A DNA stretch of 64,000 bases from Zootoca vivipara (GCF_963506605.1 NC_083277.1:27404001-27468000); one strand, 5' to 3'. Counted from the first letter of the stretch, positions 25,018 through 38,849 are shown. Notes: generated by a model not told the origin, from the sequence alone. Translations and numbers: made by a program.

Positions 25018-25782
25018 CTTAAATAATAAAAGATTCCCTAACTATTTTAAGAGGCCTACAGAAACGTGGGCATGACCATTTTGCCATAACCCCATTCTAG
25101 ATGTAGGGGCAGAGGAAAGAAAGTATACCCATCCTTAAAACTAAGCAGAAGTGAGCTGAGTCCCGAGGAGCATAGGGTAAGTGCAGTCCTATTGGAGCTA
25201 GAAGAGCAAGCTAACGTTGCTAAAGGGGCATGGCAGTGGAGAGGGGAAGGGGCTGTGAACTGAGTGATTTCTACAATTTCCTGAGCCTCACACCTCCTTC
25301 CCAAAGCCCAGTGCCCCCTCAGCTCAGCGCCCAGAGCATGCACCTCACTCGCACAGTCCTAATTCGGCCCCTGGCCCTATTTGAAACTGGATTTTGGATT
25401 ACACGGGCCCTTGGTCTGATTCAGCGGAGCTCTTTCTGTTCTCATGCTCCCGTCTTTAAAAAGAGAACTACTGGAATGAACACAAGCCGGTTTCAGTCGA
25501 CCCTTTTATCTTTAATATGATTCATGAAAATCCTACGCAAAGCATCCTCGGTAGCCTAAAGACTGTTTTGCATATCTAAATAGCATCCGAAAGGAAAATC
25601 CTTCTAGTTAAGACTCTGCAATATTGCTGTAAGCAAGTGTCAAAGATCCAAGGAGGGAATGTTCATTAATGGTGCAGCAAAGGAAGCCTGTTTCAATGGT
25701 CCTTAGAGAAAACCCATGGAGATTTGTCATCTGTGGGAACAGGGGTGAGAAAATCCAGGCCCTGTGGGTGAATGCAGCCTCT

Positions 25783-26225
25783 CATAGAATTCTAGAGTTG
25801 GAAGGGACCCCCGAGGGTCATCTAGTCCAGCCCCCTGCAATGCATGAATCTCATTTAAAGGGACCATGACAGATGGCCATCCAGCCTCTGCTTTGAAACC
25901 TCCAAGGAAGGAGAGTCCACAACCTCCCAAGGGAGATCATTCCACTGTCAAACAGCTCTTACTGTCAGAAGGTTTTTCCTGATGTTTAGTCGAAATCTCC
26001 TTTCTTGTAAGTTGAAGCCATTGGTTCGAGTCCTACCTTCAAGAGCAGGAGAAAACAAACATGCTCCCTCTTCCATGTGACAGCCCTTGAGATATTTGAA
26101 GATGGCTATCATATCTCCTCTCAGTCTCCTCTTTTCCAGGCTAAACATACCCAGCTTCCTCAACCGTTCCTCATAAGGCTTGGTTTCCAAACCCTTGATC
26201 ATCTTAGTTGCCCTCCTATGCACAC
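25783..26225 (-). mobile_element. CR1 LINE 3' end with ORF2 C-terminus
   Basis: RRATKMIKGLE.KPYEERLRKLGMFSLEKRRLRGDMIAIFKYLKG; CR1 tail. Confidence 0.93.
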
Positions 26226-29200
26226 ATTCTACATTCCTCAGACCATATCCTTCCCTCCCCAGGCCACACCCTCCAGCCCTACTTTGCCCTCTCCTTGAGT
26301 GTTCTTCTGCCTGGCTGGAATGTATCCCTGAACTCCACAAAGCCTCTTGATTGGCTGGGTGGACAGATGATAAGAGGTGTGGGTAGATATTGTCCAACGG
26401 CAAACATTTCCATCAATTGCTTTCCCCACACTTGCCTCTGGCTCTGTTAACCACTGGTATGTGGCCCCTGGAAGGTTGTGCAGAAGAGAATGTGGCCTTC
26501 AGGTGGAAAAGGCTGCCTTCACCTTTGATAGCACAACTATGCAGAACTTATCCCGTTTCGGAGGCACTATGCCTCAGAAGACCTACACTGTGAAGAAATA
26601 GAAAGGGAAGGCTGTGGCCGTCGCATCCTACTTACAGGCCACCAGGAAGCTTTCTGGTTGGCTGTTGTTTTTGCAGACACACTTGCCCCTTTGGAAATCT
26701 AGGCATCCGTGTGTCATGTTGGGTAATAGCAATGTGGGAGTGCAAGTTTCTAAATCCCTGAGCCATGGCTGTGCACACTTTACAGCTCTTATCTCTGAGC
26801 TGTCGGATCTATCTCAGTATCATCAAAGTAAACTTCCCATTGGCTGTTATGAGACGATAGGCCCTTATTCCATAGGGCACCATCTTTAAAGGCCCTGCAT
26901 GAAGTGAGCAGAAAGACCAAAGCCATGAAATAAACTCAGACTTGACATAATTAAAGGAAATCCCCTTTCAGCTCAGTCGGCAGCTTGCTCTTCCCAAGCC
27001 CTTAAGATCACCGATTCTGCTGGATCAGGTGGAATTGGTAAAAGTCTAAAATGTACCTTAGTGGTTGATTCACTGTAATTTGTAGTATCTCTATCCTTGA
27101 GTGTAACTGTTCAATTAACCTCAGCCTGAAGAATTCTTGCTAAGAAAGGGGCTTTTTTGAAACAGCTCTGAGGACCGGGTCAGCGGTGAATGATGGCGAA
27201 ATTATAAAAGGACAATCTTGCTGCTTTATGAGTACCAAGGACAAGCCAGCTAGAAGTTCTAGAAAACTGAGGGAGAAAATCATTCAAGGTTTTGTTTCTC
27301 AGCTTCAGTAAGAGAAAAATCACGGTGAAGCAAACATTAAATATTTGGGAGTCTGTTATCTAACTTCCTCTTTGCAGCACTGCCATTTGGCTCATTAAGG
27401 TTTTCTAACAGCAGTGAGCATATTGATGTTTTTAGTTATTTCAGAGGACGTTGGGGGCTTTGGTGAGACAAAATGGAATTGTACTTGTGGGGAGGGATAG
27501 GAGCCAGGGGATGTGCCTTTGCCTATTAGCTGTCGTAGTTGCAGGTCTCTGTCACATTTTCTCTCTGTGTAAAACCATATTCTGTTAATAGAGAATGCAT
27601 GGCTAGAACCGTGTGCTCATACGCTTTGCTTGCCCGGTTCTTCCTTTCTGTGCTGGAAATTCTAAGTGCCCACAATTTATTCCAATTTAGAGCAGTGCTA
27701 TTTTGTGCTGGTCTCCCCCAAGAGGCCTTTGATCAAGGTCCTCCTGCAAATTGGAAGGGAGCCTGATAGGATTTCCATGCCACTGGTGGAGTTTGGCCCT
27801 TTCTGGATACTGCTAAATCATCTCTATCAAAGATTACTTCTCCCTGGAGCTCAAAAAAATGCCCCAGTGAGAACAATTTTTGCCTTTAGGATGGATTAGG
27901 TTGCATTAAACAGAAGGTACTTAGGAAAAAAATAAGGGGGAGCAAGAAAGAGAGAGGGACGGGGAGAGGGGGGGAGGGAAAGAGAGAGATTCCCTTGAGT
28001 CCTCCTCAGAGCTGTCTGTTACCTGCTTCAAATTAACATGCTGAACTGTTCCACTACCTGGTAGTACAGTTTCAATGGGAAAAATCAAACCATTTTCTAA
28101 CCAGGGGTTTCTCATACAAATTGACTTGGTTTATTTACTGATGTATACCTCAGGCTAAATTGTTTTAGCTTCCCCACCCCACCCCACCCCACGACTTATA
28201 TTTGGAGCTGTTTCAGGCCCTCACAGGTGTAGGAGTTGTTCCCAGATCTGAAATCAAAGTTTATCCCAAAAGTTAATGTAGAACAGCTTGCCCTTGCCCA
28301 AGAGATAGGCCTGGTTTGCCCATACAGCTAAGCCAGCCCAGCAGTTCCTCTGCTTTGCAAAGGTGCCCCCAAAAGGTTGGCGACTCCTGGTTTACAGATT
28401 AGGATGAATCCCAGTTTGGACATAAAGCACAGGCAAAATTGCTACAGCTCCACAACAGGACTCATGGAAGGTCCAGTGCAATGGGGACCCTTTGTGCTGT
28501 GTTTGGTCAAAAATGCAGCAAAGCCCTTAATCAGGTTTCTGCCTGATTTGCAACTTTTGCTGGTTCTAATTAACAGCTCAGCCATTTGGGCTCTCCAAAT
28601 GTATTGCACCGTGCTTCAGTTGTTGTTAACTCGGACTCAAGCAATAATGGGAATGCAGCCTTTATAAGTGCCCAGAGGATTGCTTCCACTCTCGCCTCTC
28701 CATCCCCACACTGCCAATCTCTCACTCTCCCCCCCCTACTTTGTAAGCCCTGTTAATTGACACACTGGGATGACTGGGAGTTTATTCATTCTTCTGGGGC
28801 AGGCAGCTAAAAAGGATGAGTTGCCTTTCTCAAGTTCCCAGAAGATCAGAGAAAGATCTATTAAGTTTAACTAGGCTGACAGACTTCAGAAGTGGTTCTC
28901 TCAATTCCCTCCTAACCTATACTGTTGGTTCGCGAGGCTACCAGTGGGCTGGGCATATCATAAGAATGTTACGGTATTAAAAGGCTTGTCTTGAGACATT
29001 TCTCTCTTTTTGGCTAAAACATTTAAAGACGTACCTACTAACAAAAATATCCAGCAGGCAGCATTCTGCTGCAATGAACTGTAATGCTGTAAAGAACAGC
29101 CAAATCGATATGATTTGATGTAATAACATTCTTGATAGACTTAAGTAAAGATACTTCCTATTACTATTTGGCAAGTCAAAGGCTTGGGCCTCTGTGAATT

Positions 29201-31399
29201 GCTAATCTGCGCTTGTGCAATCATAATACCAAAATCTACTCCTCTCTCAATTACATTATCATATATTTTACCTTCATCTTCACCCCAGGCCTGCCTCAGC
29301 TCCTGTCAGCTTTCTACCCACAATTAAATCAAAAGCTGCTCTCCCGCCTTTTTTGTTTTAAGTGCCAACAGTCTGACTCCATCCTGGTTCAAGTGCAGGC
29401 CCATCTTCTCCCAAAATGTTCCCCAAATCTGAACCTCTCCTCCCAAAACCAGTGTCTCATCAACAGCTCATACATTGCAGAGTACAGTTGCATATACAAT
29501 AAAATTGAAAACCCTGCAAAGAAACAACACCCCCCCCAAAAAAAACACCCCACCCTGCAAAATGATGGAAATCACTGGCTGATCAAAAAATGTAAATAGG
29601 CATAGGACTGTCTACATGAGAAGATCTTCAAAGGACACCTGAAAATCAAAAGCCCCACCTTGCCTCTAAGGCAAGCTGGCAGGTATCTTTCCTCTATTCT
29701 CTTCAAATGCAAAAAGGGTATTTAAGATGCTCACCTGGGAGACATGAGCTACCTGACCACCTGGTTCTGACACCCCATTGGACAGAAAAATTCAGAGCTT
29801 ATTCCCTCAGACAATTTGGGGCGGGGAGAAGAGCCATTTAAACAGAGTCCTGCAGTCTTACCTATCTCACTAAGCTGGACTTTCTAAACCACCAGGAAAA
29901 GTGGCCATTCATGCTGCCTACTCATAAGTAAGCTGAGAGACTTGTGTAACTAGGACATGAGTTTTGAAGGTTTTGAAGTCATTGGCCTTTTTGTTGGTTG
30001 GTTTGTTGCTTTCAGTATATCTTTTGGACCTTATTGCCCTCTTCCTCAATAAAGTTTCAAAGCTGGAATAAGTGGAGTCATTATGAGATTGCCACCCTCG
30101 GGATTTGGGAATCCTCACATGCCTAGATCACTTTGGGTTTCACACTATTGGAAGTCTAAGACGAGAGCTGGTAAAGCCAAGAGTTTACTTTATTCTTGGG
30201 AGAAACAGAGGGCTGGAGAGCTGGCTTTATGCTCTCTGCTAATTGCAAGGAATTGACCGAAGGCACATAGCGTCCTAGGGTATAGGATGTAACAATTAAT
30301 TGCATATTCCCGGTCTCGCTGCCTTCTTTGGGGTGACCAAAAAGGGGGTTGCAGCAACTACTGGTGAGTAAGACTCAACTGGCAGCTCTGCAGGGCTGTT
30401 GTGTTCCAGTTGGGCAAGGAAGAGCTCTCCTGAGGATTCCCCCTTCTCCATAAAGGTGCCAGCAGGGGATGGGCAAGCAACACTAAATGCCTGATGTATA
30501 AATAGTGTTATGAATCTGTGGGCACAAGACACACTAAAATCTGGATCAAGTTAGTGTTAGAATTTAATTCAGGCTTGGGGTGTCAGAAGTTAGTCTCTGG
30601 TGTGAGGTGATAGCTAGACCCATGTGTGTATTTGAGCAATGTATCAGACCCCCAAGTGTTAGAATGTAATCAATTTACATATCGATGCATCTCCTTCCCC
30701 AATATTCATCTGAAGGTTAACAGCGAGGATGCTTGCTGAATCTCTGTGAAAGAGTTTTCCACAGCATGAGACCACTGACCCTAAATGCCTGGTTTCTAGT
30801 TGAGGCCAGTCAGGCAACTGAGGCATGGGGTGCAGCTAACACTGATCAAGAGCTACCAACATATTTAATCATTATGCTAAAGCTGTCTCTTGTGACTGTG
30901 GCTCTGAAGCAAAGATGCTCAGCCAAAGTTGCGTATTCTAATCTACTAAAGCACAGAAATAATTGCATTCATTATGAGGAGGCATCTTTATGGTTACTGG
31001 GCAAGTTATGTGGAGAAACATGCGTGCAAGAAAAGAATGCAGAGAGCATTATGTTCTGTTGAGAGCGGAGGAGACGGTGGATTTGAAATGAAATTACATT
31101 AGTAAATAATGATCAATGGCAACGTCTGTTTCACAGCGACTGCTCTTTCTTATTCAGAAAACAGTGTTTAAAGTACTCGTTTGCCGAAGGCTGAATATTA
31201 CCCTGAAATTAAAATAAAACTGAGGTCAGATTGGGGCCTAGGTCCAACTCATGTATGGCAGTTTTCCAACTTGCTGCTGTATTTATTTACACAGCACCGT
31301 CAGTACACATGATACTTTACAGAACATTGAGGTCATATGTTTAGCTTCAGTAAAGTCAAATCCTTATAGACTCCCCATAGGATCCCAGCTGTGATGGAT

Positions 31400-32203
31400 A
31401 AGGGGCGGCCTCAGACATTTTGACACCTGAGGTGAACCACAAAATGGCACCTCCCCAACATGAAGAATGAGTGAAGATGTACGCCAGGAACAAATATTTA
31501 CAAAGGGAAGGATCAAATCAACCTCACCTGATGGTTGAAGTGGAAATCAAAGGAGGGAAAAGGGCCATAGCTGCCAAGTACCCCGTTTTTCCCAGGAAAC
31601 CCCCGTTTTTACTTAACTTTTCCCGGTAGTCCCCTGTATCACTTCGTCTCCCATTTTTCTCCGTTATTTTCTCCTGCCGGCGGCCATTTTTTTCTTTCCG
31701 ATTTGCCCTTCTATGGGCACAAAAAATAGCCGGCGCCGGCTTCAAAAGTCGCATCTACGCATGTCCGGAAGTGCATAGACGCGCCTTCCGGTGTCGGCGG
31801 CCGCCATTTTTGGTGCCCATAGATGGGCGGAGCGACACCGGAAGTTGCGTTGACGCACTTCCTGACATGCGTACAAGCGACTTTCGAAGCCGCCGGCGGC
31901 CATTTTTGGTGCCCATAGAAGGGCAAAGCGACACTGGAAGTTACGTTGACGCAACTTCCAGTGTCACACGGCTGCCCCTTCCATTTCCTCCCTAGGGGTG
32001 GAAGGAGGCCAGCAGTACCTCCTGTTCACCAAGATGCCCCTGTAGAGACAACACTGGGGGCTCTGCCAAGGAGAGGGCAGATCCAGCCTCCAAGAATGTG
32101 CAGCAGCTGCTACTGCATTGCTTGGAGGCTGGATCTGCTGCCCCTGTGGTTCCTGCCGCCTGAGGCAGTTGCCTTACCTTGCCTCGTGGGTGGGGCACCC
32201 CTG
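31400..32203. mobile_element. Old hAT MITE hosting a younger element
   Basis: Ends AAGGGGCGGCC / GGCACCCCTG; degenerate TSD TGATGGAT/GCATGGAT. Confidence 0.55.
31566..31970. mobile_element. CpG-rich CATAGCTGCCAAGT-type hAT element, one end missing
   Basis: Left TIR matches 63362-63451; internal direct and inverted repeats. Confidence 0.7.
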
Positions 32204-33017
32204 GCATGGATATAATATGCAATCAAGTCAAATGGTAGGCTGACATTATGAAAAAAAATGAGCCATGCTAACGTTTTCACACATGCAAGGTGATTACAGA
32301 TAAATCACATGGAAAAATGTAACATGTCAACTTCTGAGCACTACTAGAGGCTTACAAGGCCTGGTAAAACTTGACAAGGAGTGGAGTCAATAAATGGGGA
32401 AGGAGATGCATCAATATGTAAATTCAAGGTAAGCCTGACATGAGAGTGTAAGGCCGTAAGTTATTGCTTTTACAGCTAACAGAAGCTTTGACAGTGGACT
32501 TGAATCAAGGATATAGTGCAAGGGCAAAGTGACATAGCCTCTGTAACACTGCAGTCCCAATCCATATTGGAGCCACCCAGGACTGTTTTCTGAGAAAGAA
32601 TATGATGTTGGAGACACCCAAACAGGGAGCTTCTGCATAGTGTCTAGCTTGATGCTATTCTGGTATCATGAAAGTGTAGTTATGAGAAGAATTAGCATAG
32701 CTTATGACAGTATGCATAGTCGTGGAGGTGGAATGGAGTTTAGTGAAGAACAGCTGATAAATGGCCTTCAGGGATGAGAAAAAGGCAACATAATAAAATG
32801 TTACAAGCGCTAATTTGGAAGAGTCTGTGCTTCCCTCTTCCTTTATTATCGACTCCAGTTCAGGGTTGCAACATTTCAGTCTTCCTCTTAGCTGAGAAAT
32901 TCCAGGTAAGTTTATATGGCTCTCAATGGAAGAATAGCTATGGACAGTAGAGTTGCTGACACATCTGTAGAAACTTCAAGAGTTTTATTATCTGGAAAAG
33001 TACATCGCTAACATCTT

Positions 33018-33018
<1 letters not shown>

Positions 33019-33057
<39 letters not shown>
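33019..33057. repeat. (TG)n microsatellite
   Basis: TG run. Confidence 0.95.
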
Positions 33058-33060
<3 letters not shown>

Positions 33061-34303
33061 AAATAAAAGAAAACAATGGATGCTCTCGAAACAAATCCCG
33101 GTATATATGTTGAACGTGTGGGGACCATTTGTGTAAAATATTGGAACCTAAAAAGGGGGGTTAACAGGGAAATCCAAAAAGCTCAAGAATTGCAGGTTTG
33201 CTCATATAAATGTTGCATAGAACCATGATAAGAGGTAGAAGCCCACATCAATGTGAAGCTGTTTGAAAGCTTGAATGGAAGACTGAAAGAACTTGAGTAG
33301 ACTTGTCTCCTCCTAGGACTTAGGAGGATAGTCTGATAGTGGCTTTAGGCATTCAATAAATATAAAATTATGCTATTTTCTCCTTTTTTAGGTGGAAAAA
33401 ATAGCTCTTGCTTCTAGTAACAGTTGGTACTTTATTAAAATAACCCCTACCCTGCCTTTTCCCATGTGTGTAAGAATACATTTATTAAATGCTAGAAAGC
33501 CTTCCTACAGAGAATGGAAGAGCTATTGCAGTTTCAGACCTTTCCTAGTGCCCAGATATTAAGCAGTGATAGAAAGGCAGCCCTCAAATATTCAATACAC
33601 TCAAGACTCATTCAAACAGCGGCCGCTAAATGAGTTCCAACATTTGGTGACTTCTGGAGCAGCTGTTTGTGGCAGATAGCCGCTATAGATATCCACGGAA
33701 GGGTCACTTCCAGCCATTTGCTAGTCTCTTTGCTTTTACAGAGGAGACAGTTTCTGCTGGTGTCACATTCAGCCTGTAAAATGGAAAAAAGAAAAGAAAA
33801 AAGGAAGCATGTCTCAATTTGCCAGGAGCACAGCAGCAAATTGGAATGGGCTTCTCCAGCCGTAGTAGCCTTTGGGTGGGTCACAATCAGTAACAGGTTT
33901 GTGATCGTGCTTTGATATTGATTTGTTTTAGCCAAATACGGTTAGAACAAACCACAGTTTCCCAAGTTCAGACATCACAGGAAACGGTGGTTAGGCCAAA
34001 CGCAGAAGCTTTTGATGTCCTCTCCTCATGCAGGATAGAGAAGAGGATGAAAGAGCACAAGTCCACTGGGTCTGAACCAGAGTTTAGTCACTGTGTTGAC
34101 CTGAACAGGATGTGCAGTTTTTGTGGAGGAATGCTTGCTCATAGTTCTCAATAATAGTTAATATAATTACAAAGGAGGGAGACACCGTTTCTCTCCCCCC
34201 CCCAATCCTCTCACATCTCCTTCACTCAGCCATGCAATCCTGATAAAAGTGTGGCACATTGCTGAAAGATGCCTTCAGTTCAGTAGCCCTAGATGACTAA
34301 ATC

Positions 34304-34502
34304 CAGTGCTTTTTTTCCTTGGGGAACGCAGGGGTACACATACCCCTAAACATTTTGTGAATCTTTGTACTTTTGTTCATTTACTGCATATATTTCCCCC
34401 GATTTGAACTATAAAGTGGTGATTTTCTTGAGTTAAAATGAGAGTACTCCTAAACATTAGGAGAGTACACCTAAACATTTTTTTAAGAAAAAAAAAGCAC
34501 TG
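34304..34502. mobile_element. hAT MITE (CAGTGCTTTTTTT TIR)
   Basis: Perfect TSD ACTAAATC; TIR CAGTGCTTTTTTT / AAAAAAAGCACTG. Confidence 0.9.
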
Positions 34503-34879
34503 ACTAAATCAAATGGTTCAAAGGCGAATACGGCCGTCCACATCACCAGCTGTTCTTGATAGTGGTGTTGGAGAATTCCTTCCCAGCCTCACTTCAGTAG
34601 TCAGGCAACGTGAGTGGCTCTTCCATTAGAACGCCACAAATGGTCACAAAATGTGTGTCATATCAGAAATGTAAACTAGATGGTGGTCATATTGTAAAAG
34701 CATATTAACAAATTCTTTCACCTGCATATCCCAGTGGTTTTCAAACTGTTCCAGGAACACTTGCAAGCCTGTCAGCAATTCAACAATGAAAATCTCAGCA
34801 ATGGCAGACAATATTCCCCGAAAAGCATTTTATCCACCACAAACACTGAGATGCAAAAATATGTCAGTCATGTTCTAGG

Positions 34880-35139
34880 CACGGGCGGAGGAACGGGGCT
34901 GTGGGGGAGTGCACCGCCCCCGGCAGCACGATCCTGGTAGGGTGCCATCATGGCTGCCCCCCACCCACGCTGGGTGCCATGCCCCCACAGGCTGCTTACC
35001 ACGCCCCCAGGATGTGTGTCACGCCCCTGCGGGCGGTGCACCATGCCCCCAGGCTGCACGCCACGCCCCCAGGCTGCGCACCAGCCCCACCCCACCTGCT
35101 CTCCACCCCCCAGTGCCAGAGCATGAAGCTCCACCACTG
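34880..35139. mobile_element. GC-rich hAT MITE related to 8358-8535
   Basis: Perfect TSD GTTCTAGG; end GCATGAAGCTCCACCACTG; CACGCCCCCAGG internal repeats. Confidence 0.87.
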
Positions 35140-36792
35140 GTTCTAGGGCATATTCTGAGAATATCACTGGTGCCCCACATGAACCAACTGTGCACCCTTT
35201 ATAACTAGGAATGGAGGGCAATTTTGTTTGCTCCGCCTTTTAACATGAACAGACTAATGTGTGTTTCCCAAATGTTTACATGCATTTGAACACAACTGAT
35301 CGTGCACTTCTGTGAAATTCTGACACAGTTTTGGTCAAAGAAAAGCATGCAGAGGCAGAGTGTATATTTTACAATGAAAATGCCTTTAAAGTTCATGGTT
35401 TCGAGAGAAATGCATACGAAACCCATTTTTAGGGTGAAATACCTAAATTTAAATGCAAACATTTTCCGCATGTTTCACAAAATCCACTGGAAACAGGGTG
35501 GAACAGACTTGTGATTAAGTGCATGAAAAACTAACACAGAACAGACATAGGTTAACCCTTTCATCTCTACCTCTGTAACATGCAAGAGATCCAGTGGTAG
35601 ACATTATTTGAATCCATGAAAGGCAAGCCAATGAAGACTAGCAAGTTTTGAAAAGCGCTGGCAAAAGCTTCTATCCTCACAGTCTGAATTTTCACTGCTG
35701 AGAGTAAGTTTACTGACATTGGATGGCGGCATATCCGAAACTCCATACATAGATAAAACCGAGAGATTCAGATGACTGGGGATCATAGCAGTTCAGTGCT
35801 GAAATGGTACAAATAATCATGAAAGTGGTTCTGTTAACATACAGCTAAATGTAGGTGATACCAAGGTTTGCTGACACAGCTGCTTGTCTCATTTTACAGC
35901 TCCTCAGTAGACACCCATAGGCATATTAGTAGAAGAAACGCAGTCAATTGGGTAATGATGGTAATTAAAAAAGATGTAAACTTTCAAAGTAGCTGACACT
36001 TACTCATTACACTGAGCTGTCATGCTTGACTGAGCTAACGTTAATTTCGATATCCCATTATATCTAGCTGATATGAGCTTAGGAGATGTCTGCTGTTTCT
36101 CTTTAGAAACTGGCATCAGCAGTCATAGCAGCATTATTGATTGCAGCGCAACGTTGACAGATGCGGGAGGTGTTCTAAGGGTTCTTGTGCTCAAGACATT
36201 CTCTTTTCCCACTCCAGCCGCTCAGCGCACTTTGTCATGATATCTAACAAGATCTAAAGAGGGAGTCTGTGGAGCCACTGCCTTGCTATTAAAACGTACC
36301 CTCTGTACCATGGATGGAAATCCTTTCTACACCCCGTGCAACAGATTGAGCTGTTAAAATACTAAAAGAGAAGCCTGTAGTGCTTCAGTCGGCGGGGAAT
36401 GGTGCATTTTTTACGTATATGGTCCCTCCTGTAAGAACGCCCTGCAGGCAAAGAGCTAGCACATTATTGGGAAAGGGGCCAGTCTGGCCAAACTGTGTTA
36501 CGCTAAGTTTCTACCCAGATGAAGAAGCATCACAAAATATGATATTTCATTTGCTTCTTGAGATGGTACAATCCATCTACCACCTTAGGACTGTATCACA
36601 TTCTGATGCATGTGTCGACCAGGCTCATGATCTGATGGAAAGAGTGTTGAGAAGCTCCCCACCTTCTTTTCAAGCAAGGCTCCTCTCCATTGTAATGTCG
36701 AGCAATCTTATATACATCTGCTAAAGCCAACTTACACAGCCAAGAAAAGCAGAGCAAACGCTACACCTTTCCTTGTGGCCTGATGAATGCAC

Positions 36793-36940
36793 CCAGTGTA
36801 GCGCAGTGGTTGGAGTGCCAGACTATGGCCTGGGAGACCAGGGTTCAAATCCCCACTCGGCCATGAAGCTCACTGGCTGACCTTGCGCCAGTCAGTGCCT
36901 CTCAGCCTAACCTACCTCACAGGGTTGTTGCATGGATTAA
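36793..36940 (+). mobile_element. MIR/Ther1-related tRNA SINE
   Basis: A box (AGCGCAGTGG), B box (GGTTCAAATCC), CORE-like TGACCTTG...CTCTCAGCC...ACCTCACAGGGTTGTTG. Confidence 0.75.
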
Positions 36941-37479
36941 AGGAGCAGCTAGTCCCATCCCGTTTCAAAACCGGATCCATATTAAGATGGGGCGGGCAGC
37001 TTTATCACAAACTTTCACAACCAATAATTAGTTGCTGATTTCGGACACTCTCTTAAGTCGCCAGGAAGGGCATCAAGGAAGTTTGGAGCTGAGCATGTTT
37101 TGCACAGTTTTATCAGGAAGGTTTTCAGTGGTACTAAGATCCTCTCCCTCCCACCCCATCCAATCCTAGTGCGATATTAACATTGATAATAGAGTCCAAT
37201 AGACCAAGTACAATAATCATGGCAATATTACTTCTAGCTCAATTTAGGATGTTAATCTTGTTTTCCACTGCCTCTTCTAACCCTCCCTTCCAGCCATTTA
37301 GCATAGAAGTTTTATACAGCAAACAGCTTTTTGGGACCATGCTCAAACCTTCTAGATCATGTTGAATTCTCCAGGCCTAGCCTAGCTAGAATTCAGAACA
37401 GTTGACTTAGCATTCAGGTGGCTTGAGACAGCATGTGGTTCCTGCAGAGTGAGGGATACTCTCAGAGCCCTCCTTTGTA

Positions 37480-37690
37480 TCCCTCCTTTTAATCCAAGGA
37501 GCTCAAGGTGGCATATATGGATTCCCCTCCCTCCTCATTTAATCCCCACAACAACCATGTGAGGTAGGTTAGGCCAAGAGGCAGTGACTGGCGCAAGGTC
37601 AGCCAGTGGACCTCATGGCCTTATAGGGATTTGAACCCTGGTCTTCCAGGTCCTAGTCCAGCACTTTAACCACTATACCACACCGGCTCT
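37480..37690 (-). mobile_element. MIR/Ther1-related tRNA SINE
   Basis: Reverse copy of the same family as 36793. Confidence 0.75.
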
Positions 37691-37969
37691 TTCTCTATAT
37701 GCACATGTGACTGCAATAAAATGCATGGAAGCAATGTGCTTTCCTGCACCATCCCATCTTATCATTATTGCCCCCCGTCTGTGCATATAAAAGAATAGCA
37801 AAATGGGGAACTGTGTTTAGAAATTATCACCTTTTCAGTTGCCCGCTAGTATAATTGCCCCCTAGTCTATTAGTCAACTAGACTGGCCCAGGTTCAAGCA
37901 TTCTTCAGAAGAATGGGGTCAAAGTAGTTACGTTCCATTCCCACAGTTAGAGCTGTCTGGATGTTCCCC

Positions 37970-38268
37970 CATAGAATCATAGAACTGTAGAGTTGGAAGG
38001 GGCCCTGAGGATCATCTAGTCCAGGCATGTCAAACCTGCAGCCCTCCAGATGTTTTGGCCTACAATTCCCATGATCCCTAGCTAGCAGGACCAGTGGTTG
38101 GGGAAGATGGGAATTGTAGTCCAAAACATCTGGAGGGCCGCAGGTTTGACATGCCTGATCTAGTCCAACCCCCTGCAATGCAGGAAAATGCAACTGTCCC
38201 AGATGGGGATCCAACTTACAACCTTGGTGTTATCAGCCCCATACTCAAAAACCAACTGAGCTATCAGC
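37970..38268 (-). mobile_element. tRNA-Ile-like SINE with CR1 3' tail, interrupted by a MITE
   Basis: Minus-strand head TAGCTCAGTTGGTT...GCTGATAACACCAAGGTTG...GATCCCC resembles tRNA-Ile; CR1 tail (TTCTATGA)n. Confidence 0.72.
38022..38157. mobile_element. Palindromic ~136-bp hAT MITE
   Basis: Perfect TSD ATCTAGTC; TIR CAGGCATGTCAAACCTGC. Confidence 0.93.
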
Positions 38269-38849
38269 AGTGATGTCCCTTAACACTCGTTTATGGCCTG
38301 GAGCTTCTGGAAATGGGTCTGAATTGCTTGCTGGATAGACAGCACAGTTTGTCAGAACTGGTATCATTGTCAAATGTATCCACAATGTCAAGATTGATTT
38401 ATCCAGCATAAATCCTGAGTCCAAAACTGACAGAGGCATAACATGTCCATATCTTGTAAATGTGTCCCCTTGCAGGCTGTAAACTTTATAGAAGTCACAT
38501 GAGGATTTGCAAAAATAGCTCTTCTTTTGAGCAGACAGTAAAAGGACCTTGAAATTCCTTGTCCAATTAAAATCATATTTCTTTTCCTTTCTTATCTATG
38601 TCTTGTATCATCACACAGAGATAGACAGCACAGCTGTCCTTTCGGTGTGAAGGGAAATGTTCATGGGATCTAAAATATCCCTTCCCAGTGTTTATTGGGG
38701 AAATTTTATAGTGACTGTTTGCTGCTGTTAGGTCAGTCTCAGCTGTTGGTCTGGTGCCATTACGTATAAAAATAAAACAGGGTCTTCTTTTGAGAATTGA
38801 GATCCTAACCAGTCATGGTTCAGGCAGGCAGTGTGGTGATACACTATAC

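Noticed and set aside
32892-32905. 14-nt micro-exon between CTCTTAG and GTAAGT
   Set aside because: Not frame-preserving and no supporting exons
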